A model generated the notes under the pieces. The model worked only from the letters and a program-made list of their open reading frames with translations, made no database searches and was not told the DNA's origin. A stretch of 32,000 nt of DNA, taken from Flavobacteriaceae bacterium. GTDB lineage: Bacteria; Bacteroidota; Bacteroidia; Flavobacteriales; Flavobacteriaceae. The stretch is from positions 1,170,001 to 1,202,000 of the forward strand of contig OZ245049.1 of NCBI GenBank assembly GCA_965224465.1, given 5' to 3'. Positions 9,366-16,575 of the stretch are shown here, piece after piece; position 1 is the stretch's first letter; each line of letters starts with the position of its first letter. The position numbers were made by a program, and so were the translations under genes.

Positions 9366-10868
9366 TTGTATATTTATAGTGTGGAAAACAATACAATAGA
9401 CATACAAAAAGAGCTGGTAATTTTAAAGATTGAACTTGAAAAAACAGCTCAAGAACTAGCTGAAATTAAGCAGCAATACGAGCAGCTTAAAAGAATGGTT
9501 TTCGGGTCTAAAAGCGAACGTTTTATCCCTGTTGACACAAATCAATTGTCGCTTTTCGGAAAAATAATAGCTGAGAAAGAAGAGGCATACAAAAAACATA
9601 TTGTAATCTACGAAAGAAAACAAAAGAAGAAAGGAAAGAAAAAACCTGTTCGCTCTTCTATACCTGCGCATTTTCCGCGAGTAGAAGAGATTATAGAGCC
9701 TAAGCACATAGAAGAAGGAGCTGTAAAAATAGGAGAAGAAGTTACAGAACTTTTAGAAATAACGCCTCTTTCCGTTTTTGTAAGACGAATTGTAAGACCT
9801 AAATATGCACTTCCGGAAGAAAAAGGCGTTGTTATAGCAGAATTACCAAGCTTACCGATACCTAAAGGAAATGCATCAGCAAGTTTATTGGCCTTTATAC
9901 TTATTTCAAAATTTGTAGACCATTTACCACTTTACAGATTAATTCAAATTTTTAAACGACAAGATTTAAAAGTAAGTAAATCAACAATTGGAGGATGGGT
10001 ATCTAAAAGTTCGGAGCTTATCGCTCCTTTATACGATACATTTAAGGCTCAGTTTTTAGAAAATGCCAATTATATTCAAGCAGACGAATCTCCTATAAAG
10101 GTTTTAGATAAAGACAAGAAAAAATCAACACACAGAGGGTATATGTGGGTGTATCGAAATCCTGTTAAAAATTTAGTTCTTTTTGAATACAATAAAGGGA
10201 GAGGAAAAGTTGTTCCAGAAGAGTTTTTTAAAGATTTCAATGGGACACTACAGTCCGATGGGTATGCTGCATACCAAAACTTAACAACAAAAGGAGAAAT
10301 TACTCTTTTAGGTTGCATGGCTCATGCTAGGCGGTATTTTGAGAAGGCGCTGGATAATGATCCTAAAAGAGCGGATGTTGTTTTGTTGGAAATTCAAAAG
10401 CTATACAAGATAGAACGTAAAATAAAAGAACAAGAATTAACTATTGAGCAAACTAAAGCATATAGAGAAAAACATGCATCACCTGTTTTAGACGGAATAG
10501 AAATTTATCTTACAAAAGAGCGAAAAAACGTACTGCCTAAAAGTGCCATAGGAAAAGCAATTGCTTATACTCTTAAAATATGGCAAAACCTAAAACTATA
10601 CATCGATGATGGCAGGTTTGAAATAGACAACAATAATATAGAAAATGCCATAAGACCTTTAGCTATTGGCAGAAAAAATTATCTCTTTGCTGGCAGTCAT
10701 GAGTCCGCACAAAACATAGCTCTATTTTATAGCTTTTTTGCTACTTGCAAAAAGAATAACGTAAACCCACATACGTGGCTATGTGATGTCCTTAATAGAT
10801 TACCAGAACATAAGGCTAATAAACTTTCGGAGTTACTGCCTCAAAATTGGAAGCCTGTTGATAAATAA
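9366..10868 (+). CDS. IS66 family DDE transposase (TnpC)
   Basis: 500 aa; coiled-coil N-terminus, then ADESPIKV, MWVY, LQSDGYAAY, CMAHARRYF and IENAIRPLAIGRKNYLFAGS motifs typical of IS66 transposases. The track start is a TTG at 9366; a GTG at 9381 is an alternative. Confidence 0.9.
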   Translation: MYIYSVENNTIDIQKELVILKIELEKTAQELAEIKQQYEQLKRMVFGSKSERFIPVDTNQLSLFGKIIAEKEEAYKKHIVIYERKQKKKGKKKPVRSSIPAHFPRVEEIIEPKHIEEGAVKIGEEVTELLEITPLSVFVRRIVRPKYALPEEKGVVIAELPSLPIPKGNASASLLAFILISKFVDHLPLYRLIQIFKRQDLKVSKSTIGGWVSKSSELIAPLYDTFKAQFLENANYIQADESPIKVLDKDKKKSTHRGYMWVYRNPVKNLVLFEYNKGRGKVVPEEFFKDFNGTLQSDGYAAYQNLTTKGEITLLGCMAHARRYFEKALDNDPKRADVVLLEIQKLYKIERKIKEQELTIEQTKAYREKHASPVLDGIEIYLTKERKNVLPKSAIGKAIAYTLKIWQNLKLYIDDGRFEIDNNNIENAIRPLAIGRKNYLFAGSHESAQNIALFYSFFATCKKNNVNPHTWLCDVLNRLPEHKANKLSELLPQNWKPVDK

Positions 10869-10896
10869 TCAAGGGTGTACTTTACCGTACGCTTAC

Positions 10897-11107
10897 CAAT
10901 AAGCACAAAAAAAACAGTAAAAACATATCCCCACAAAAGAGCGTGAGAGCAAATGAACTAAAATTAGGTGATATCTATTAAGTGCTTTGTCGATAGCCTC
11001 TTCATTAAATCACGCAATCCCCATAGTCGTTTTTTTTGAGCTGGTATTGTTGATAGGATGTTTATGTTGGGCGCTACGTAACGTAGGAATACTTAGTTAT
11101 TGGTGGT
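10897..11107 (-). repeat. Module A (cassette-3' repeat), diverged copy
   Basis: acagtaaaaacatatccccacaaaagagcgtgagagcaaat...tctattaag..ctttgtcgatagcctctt...cacgcaatccccatag...gttgggcgctacg...cttagttatt is homologous to 14870-15060, 20210-20398, 21870-22062, 24640-24835 and 26820-27015. It ends 6 nt before the stop of the 11113 gene. GTTGGGC lies at 11066-11072. Confidence 0.8.
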
Positions 11108-11112
11108 AGTTT

Positions 11113-11694
11113 TTATATCACGTAATCTAAATTATATTCATCAGGATATATAATCGTTAAATCACGACGGTTAAGCCCGTTCTTTTCAAAAATACAAATT
11201 TGAATAGCTGGTTTATAATCTAGAAATTGAGGTCTTAATAATTCAAATATTAATCTGAATCGATATTTTTGGTACTCTTCTTTATATTCTGAAATAGATT
11301 TTATACCGTATACTCTAATTGCCTCGTAATCAAATCCTATTTTTGTTTTAATAAACTCTAATATCCTAGCTACTGTTGTTTCGGGTGTAATTGTAATTAT
11401 ATTTTGGCCTTTTAAGAATGCAATACTATTACTGAAATCATTCATATGGTCTGTATCTCCAACTAAATCAAAACAGTTACTTGTGTCAAAGTCGCAAATA
11501 GTTTGGCATATAATATACTTTTTTTTATGTCTAACTTCTCCCCACCAATGTGCATTTTCAACAAATGTATCCCAAAAATAAAAACCTTCACCAAGCCAGG
11601 TGTTACCCCAATTACAAGGGAAAGGTGCATTCTTTAAAACATATTCAGGATTACCTTTGTCTTTAAGAGTTTGATATAAGATTTTTGATTTCAA
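11113..11694 (-). CDS. Hypothetical protein, last gene of the three-gene SecB-like cassette (candidate toxin/effector)
   Basis: 193-aa ORF with a TTG start, 6 nt after the stop of the SecB-like gene. It contains the GEGFYFWDT...AHWWGE motif. No domain recognised with confidence. Confidence 0.55.
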   Translation of the reverse strand: MKSKILYQTLKDKGNPEYVLKNAPFPCNWGNTWLGEGFYFWDTFVENAHWWGEVRHKKKYIICQTICDFDTSNCFDLVGDTDHMNDFSNSIAFLKGQNIITITPETTVARILEFIKTKIGFDYEAIRVYGIKSISEYKEEYQKYRFRLIFELLRPQFLDYKPAIQICIFEKNGLNRRDLTIIYPDEYNLDYVI

Positions 11695-11700
11695 ATCTTC

Positions 11701-12108
11701 TTAATTTTGAGTAGTGTTTTCCTTTAAAGGAATTTCTAAAGAAGATAAATTAAGTGTAGGTAATACAATTGGTGGAATGTTTGCTTGTAATGTAACAGTG
11801 CCAATAAATGCTCTTATGTAAGGGAAAATTATTGCAATACTATTTCTGTAAAAGTAAGTTGGGATATCAGAAAAACTAGTGTTTTCTTCGAATTTGAAAG
11901 TTGAATGACATTCTATTTCAACAAAATTTTCTTCTGATTTACCACTTTTAGAAGAGAATATAATAATTAACTTAAATTCAGATTTTTTGTGATTAAATAT
12001 TCCTTTTGGATTAAATGAGATATCTATATCGTTTGATGTTTTTTTTGAAAAATCTATATTAATCTTTTCAAATATATAATTGTCTAAATAGAATGCGGCT
12101 TTATTCAC
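11701..12108 (-). CDS. SecB-like chaperone family protein
   Basis: 135 aa. By eye it aligns along E. coli SecB. F.L.NYIFEKINIDFS matches FQIQRIYTKDISFE. FVEIECHSTFKF matches FLCEVQQGGIFSI. AIIFPYIRAFIGTVTLQANIPPIVLPTLNL matches [30 protein letters not shown]. Confidence 0.6.
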   Translation of the reverse strand: MNKAAFYLDNYIFEKINIDFSKKTSNDIDISFNPKGIFNHKKSEFKLIIIFSSKSGKSEENFVEIECHSTFKFEENTSFSDIPTYFYRNSIAIIFPYIRAFIGTVTLQANIPPIVLPTLNLSSLEIPLKENTTQN

Positions 12109-12124
12109 TTTGATGTTTTATTTG

Positions 12125-12367
12125 TTATGCTAATTTAAATAAAAAATCCGAAGCGAACTTCGGATTTGTGATAATATTATTAAGAGAATTGAATTCCCAG
12201 AATTCATTGTTATTTTCTATCTTATGATGATAAATAGTTTGTTCTATAAATTCATCAATTTTCGAACCTATACTATTGTATTTTTCAGATTCAGCCCAAT
12301 CGCTTATAATTTGTTCTTTCGAATTACTCTGAAAATACAATTTCAAATTTTCTAAAATTGTATTCAT
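12125..12367 (-). CDS. Small hypothetical protein, first gene of the SecB-like cassette (candidate antitoxin)
   Basis: 80-aa ORF ending 16 nt upstream of the SecB-like gene. A TACTTTTG (TAnnTTTG) -7-like box lies on the minus strand at 12404-12411, about 36 nt upstream of its ATG. Confidence 0.5.
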   Translation of the reverse strand: MNTILENLKLYFQSNSKEQIISDWAESEKYNSIGSKIDEFIEQTIYHHKIENNNEFWEFNSLNNIITNPKFASDFLFKLA

Positions 12368-12514
12368 AATTTTTAGTTTTTATATTTTATTACAAATATT
12401 GTGCAAAAGTATCTTAAATTTATTTATAATAAAAATATTATTGATATATAATTCTTTTATTAAAGATAGTGATAATTTAAAGAATATCAAAAGATGTTGC
12501 TGTTTTTTTTAATT

Positions 12515-12985
12515 ACCACCAACACCTCTATATCCACAATAACGAGCAAAACTTGACGTTATTTCCGTAATAGCTACAATAGCGGTTGTAATTATATTTA
12601 TTTTTAAATCCGCTATATACGGGTTCTCCAAGGCATTAATTTCCAGCGGAAAAACACTAAAATTATGGATTAATGATTAATGTTTTCGGTTTGTGAACGG
12701 GCGAAATACGGCATTAAATAAACTGAAAAAACACTCTTTCAAAAAAGAGAGAAATAACATGAAAACATTCTGAAATATGGCGAGTAAAGGACTTAAAACA
12801 AGTGTTTCATATAAAAAAAAAGGATGTAATTACTCCCCAAATGAGTGTTCCTAAAACATTGAAATTACACAGGAGGGTGTTTTAGGAGCTGTTGGTTGTA
12901 ATTCCCCAGCGTTCAGTGCAACAAGACGATAAAATCAGTGGGCCCCCCCGGACCCACGTAATTTTAATCGCTAGGTGTTTTGTGC
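12515..12985 (-). repeat. Degenerate type I intergenic repeat
   Basis: 12515-12640 matches the P end of type I (accaccaacacctctatatccacaataac.agc.aaacttgacgttatttccgtaatagctacaatagcgg...aaatccgctatatacgg). 12760-12900 resembles the type I centre (aacatgaaaa...gacttaaaacaag...acacaaggag..gtttta). The module A end is replaced by other sequence. Confidence 0.6.
12938..12957 (-). terminator. GC-rich hairpin downstream of the PIN-like gene
   Basis: The minus strand reads GTGGGTCC-GGG-GGGCCCAC, an 8-bp stem including one G-T pair, followed by TGATTTTAT. It lies 29 nt past the stop at 12986. It is a striking GC-rich island in AT-rich DNA. Confidence 0.45.
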
Positions 12986-14168
12986 TTAGTTTTTATCATT
13001 TTCATCATCAATATTAAACTTTCCGAAATATTTAAAATATTTATTATTATAAAGTTCTCTATCAATTTTTAAACTCTGAAGTCTTTCCTCTAGACTTTTT
13101 AAATCTATTGATAGATGTATATATTCTTCTTGATTGTTATCTTTATCAAAAGGTTCTTCTTTAATAATATTTTGACGATGTATTAATCTATTAATCTGTT
13201 CTTTAACTAACTGAATTTTATGCTCTAAATATTGTGCTTTATCTCTTGATTTATATCTCTCTTTCTTCTTGAAGAATCTAAGTAATTCTTCCTTTTTTAA
13301 TTCTTCTAATTCCTGAATTTCTGCTCTTTTTATTTCTTTTATTTCTTCAAGAGCTTTTTTATTGCCTTGTTCTTTTAAATGTTCTAGACCATATGATAAA
13401 AATCTTTCAGATGAATACATATGAAAATTAACATTTGCTTCTAATTTTATTTCCTCAATAAGCTCTTGTCTTGGTCCCATATTTCGACCATCTTTGATTT
13501 TCCACCACCAATCAATTTTTCTTTCATCTGTGATTAGAATAATTGGTTTTTTGTCTTTTTTTGCTTTGTCAATAATTTGTTTCCATAATACTAAATCTCC
13601 AAATTTTCTATTACCTTGTTTTGTTTTTTCATCTTCAAAGCCAGGTGGAATCTTTTTTTCAAATCTAGTTTTTCCTTCTAAATATATTTCCTGTAATTGC
13701 TCTTCAGTATATTCTTCTGAAATTTTATTCTTGAAAATTAAAGTTAAATCTTCGAAAATTGAATCTTTTTGTAAAAAATCGCAATATTTTTTGATACTAC
13801 TTTCAACTTCATTATTGACATCTTTAAAAACTTTTTTTAAGGAACTATGTAATTTGTCAGATAAAAAAGGAGGTTTGCTTGTTGATTGTAAGTCGCTTTC
13901 AATTTGACCAATTTTAGATATAAATTCTTTATATGCTTTTTCTTGGTCAGCAATTACTTCGTAGCGATTTCTATTATATTCTAAAGCAGATTGATGTGGT
14001 AACCAAATCTGTTTATTAAATTTTGTTATAAGTTCTAATAACGCTTTTCTTGTGTCATTTGAATATCTATAAAGATTTAAAAGGACATTTGCATCAAAAC
14101 AAATAATTCCATTATTCCAAAGATCTTTAATTACTTTTCTTATAAAATCCAGAAAAAATTTCTTTCAT
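12986..14168 (-). pseudogene. PIN-like (DUF4935-type) domain protein with coiled-coil C-terminus, disrupted by a 1-nt frameshift near the start
   Basis: The ORF track reports only the last 164 aa (12986..13480). The same frame is open up to 14164 with no ATG, GTG or TTG. It reads ..IRKVIKDLWNNGIICFDANVLLNLYRYSNDTRKALLELITKFNKQIWLPHQSALEYNRNRYEVI...PIILITDERKIDWWWKI.., which resembles the PIN-like DUF4935 family. The ATG at 14168-14166 gives MKEIFSGFYKKSN*, one frame off. Removing one base from the T4 run at 14135-14138 (A4 on the coding strand) yields MKEIFSGFYKKVIKDLW..., a continuous 393-aa protein. Confidence 0.75.
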
Positions 14169-14191
14169 AAAGTTTTAGTTTTTCAAATTAA

Positions 14192-15060
14192 GCACAACAC
14201 CTCTATATCCACAATAACCAGCCAAAACTTGACGTTATTTCCGTAATAGCTACAATAGCGGTGTAATACTATTTATTTTTAAATCCGCTATATACGGTAT
14301 ACAGCGCCCTTCAAATATACAAAAAACATCCTTTTTGCACACTAACCTTTTAATTGTTTTTTAGAAACGTTTTCAACTTTAACCGCTGTTTTTTTAGAAT
14401 CTCAACAAGAATACTTGTTCTTATCCTAAACGTGCTGTTTTAATATTAGATAGTATCGTTGTTTTTACGGGGAATATTTAGGCGTATTTATTAGTTTTCA
14501 AGTGTTTACTCCTTTGTTTAGATTGTTTTTTGACGTTTTTAGCGGTGTACAGGGAAGGAATTGGAAAGATTTTGTGAATTTCTTTGAAGTTTGCGAACTG
14601 GAATAGCACCTCCCTAAATAAAGGGAAGAGACATTTTTTTGTACTAAGAAAAAGCAATAGCAAACCACCTTAAAACATGAAAAACAAAAGACTTAAAACA
14701 AGCATATAAATTAAAAAAAAGAGGTAGTCAAACCAAAAAGGACTGTCTTCAAATTATTGAAAATACACAAGGAGCTGTTTTAACTAATAAGCAAACAAAA
14801 AAAACCGTAGTCACGTAATGGGAAACACATGCCAAAATACTGCTAACCAATACTTATCCATATCTAAAAACAGTAAAAATATATCCCCACAAAAGAGCGT
14901 GAGAACAAATGACCTAAAAATAGGTGATATCTATTAAGGTCTTTGTCGATAGCCTCTTAATAAAATCACGCAATCCCCATAGTATCATCTTTTGAGCCAG
15001 CATCCTCAACAGGATGTTCATGCTGGGCGCTACACACCGCATGAACACTTAGTTATTGTG
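14192..15060 (-). repeat. Type I composite intergenic repeat, copy 1 (P module + centre + module A)
   Basis: About 870 bp, collinear with 19529-20398; roughly nine of ten positions are identical by eye. It has terminal inverted 9-mers CACAATAAC (14210-14218) and GTTATTGTG (15052-15060). Internal hairpins: ATAGCGG/CCGCTAT, AACAAG-AATA-CTTGTT, and CATCCT-CAAC-AGGATG (15001-15016). Confidence 0.9.
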
Positions 15061-15069
15061 CATAGTTTT

Positions 15070-15477
15070 TTATTCATTTAACATTATCTGTCCAATAGCA
15101 CCGACTATAAAAAATGTAATACAACTTATTACAAATAGAATGAATTGGGCGATATACATACCAAATGACAAAGTCTCACTTAATAAATTAATAACTAAAA
15201 TAATTGAGGAAGGAATCAATCCGAAAATTATTATCAATGATATTATTAATGCAACAAGTTGCCATCTAGTTTTTTTATTTGAATTTGAGATTCCAGATGA
15301 AAACTTCACTACTGATTGTCCAAATAATATTAAGGATATAATTGACCATTCAGTATTATAAAAGATTGCACTTAGGTTGTTTTCATAGCTTCTAACAATT
15401 AATAATATTATAATTGGGAGCAATGTAAATAAGAATTCAGAGGTTAAAATATATTTTATTGTTTTATCTAATTTCAT
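15070..15477 (-). CDS. Small integral membrane protein (about 4 TM helices)
   Basis: 135-aa ORF that is almost entirely hydrophobic segments. Its start lies 3 nt after the stop of the upstream 287-aa gene, so they form a tight operon. Confidence 0.6.
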   Translation of the reverse strand: MKLDKTIKYILTSEFLFTLLPIIILLIVRSYENNLSAIFYNTEWSIISLILFGQSVVKFSSGISNSNKKTRWQLVALIISLIIIFGLIPSSIILVINLLSETLSFGMYIAQFILFVISCITFFIVGAIGQIMLNE

Positions 15478-15479
15478 TC

Positions 15480-16343
15480 TTAATTATTATGAATTACGTT
15501 AATAACTTCAATTATTTCTAATTTGTCAGAAATTAAGTACCCGTTTCTATTGTATTTTGAAGTTTGTCTAACACGTACATTAAGTGAATCTCCAGGAACA
15601 ACAGGAACTTGACCTGAATGAAATTTCTCCAACCACTCTTGGTGCAATATTTTAACAGTTACTGATTTAGTTCCGTGTTTAAAATTCCAAGCAGACTCAC
15701 CTAAAAAGTCAGGTTTTTTGATTAGATAAATCATTTCAGATTCATTTACTATTTCCTTTTCGGTTAAAGCTTCTTCAACAGCTTCAATGTCTATTTTGGG
15801 AGTTCCCGAGCTTATTTCTTTAACTTCTTTGTTATTACTCTTTAACTCAAAAGACTCATTACCGTTGAGTTTGTCGGTAGAATCATTAATTGAATTTATT
15901 GATTTCGCAAGTTTCAATAAATCTGGTTCTGCATAATTAAAAGTTTCTGTTAATTCTTTTTCATTTGCAATTTCTGAGATAGTAGTTTTTAAGTTCTCTA
16001 AATCTTCAACACTTGATTTTTTATCAGCTATGAATTTTAACGTTTCAGCCCTAGATTCTTCAATATATTCTTCAATTTTTTCGATTTCAGGAGCATTGTC
16101 AATTTGTCCATCTTGACTAATAACAATTGCACTATAAAGCTTTCCAATAATAGAACCTTTTTCAATGTCATCTAATATGATTTTAGATTTCACTGAAGTA
16201 TTGACACTTTCCGCAATTAAGTAATCTAAGTCATTGATTCCTTCAATCATCTCAGCAAAAGACCTAAATAACCTACTAGGATTTTCAGTATCTCTTTCGA
16301 AATCAAGTTTTATCTCAAATTTACTGTTAAATTCTTTTTTCAT
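15480..16343 (-). CDS. Hypothetical acidic/coiled-coil protein, partner of the 4-TM protein
   Basis: 287-aa ORF with typical coding composition. The central part is E/K-rich and the C-terminal ~80 aa look globular. No domain recognised. Confidence 0.6.
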   Translation of the reverse strand: MKKEFNSKFEIKLDFERDTENPSRLFRSFAEMIEGINDLDYLIAESVNTSVKSKIILDDIEKGSIIGKLYSAIVISQDGQIDNAPEIEKIEEYIEESRAETLKFIADKKSSVEDLENLKTTISEIANEKELTETFNYAEPDLLKLAKSINSINDSTDKLNGNESFELKSNNKEVKEISSGTPKIDIEAVEEALTEKEIVNESEMIYLIKKPDFLGESAWNFKHGTKSVTVKILHQEWLEKFHSGQVPVVPGDSLNVRVRQTSKYNRNGYLISDKLEIIEVINVIHNN

Positions 16344-16575
16344 TTTCCACTATTGTTCTTTCTCAGGAAGCGTTTTTAAATTATGCACAACGACCCGGCT
16401 AAGAAATCGTAGGGGAGTTTGAAACTCTGCCCTTTCAATTTACCACTTAGCCAAGCCAAATATTTTTATAATTAATTTTTCTTTTTTCGTTATCAAAATT
16501 TTGGTTTGGCGGTTTTTAATCGAAGCTCTGAACTTCCAATTTATCAACAAAACCCCTATGTTTTTTTAGTCATTG

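Larger units (their letters stand above)
8890..10896 (+). mobile_element. IS66-family insertion sequence (tnpB + tnpC only, no orf1)
   Basis: Terminal inverted repeats GTAAGCGTACGG (8890-8901) and CCGTACGCTTAC (10885-10896), the IS66-type GTAAGCG ends. They are flanked by a perfect 8-bp direct duplication CAATAAGC (8882-8889 and 10897-10904). It encodes IS66 Orf2 and the DDE transposase. Confidence 0.9.

Noticed and set aside
13494-13907. 137-aa plus-strand ORF
   Set aside because: It is antisense to the much longer PIN-like reading frame, which has recognisable family features. Its sequence is F/S/L-rich, typical of the reverse frame of K/E-rich genes.
14478-14663. 61-aa minus-strand ORF inside the type I repeat, also present at 19814..19999 with 4 aa changes
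   Set aside because: It lies wholly within a noncoding-looking repeat and has low-complexity K/F/L-rich composition. Its conservation is no higher than that of the surrounding repeat DNA, and it is absent from the type I variant at 21464-22075. There is no evidence that it is translated.
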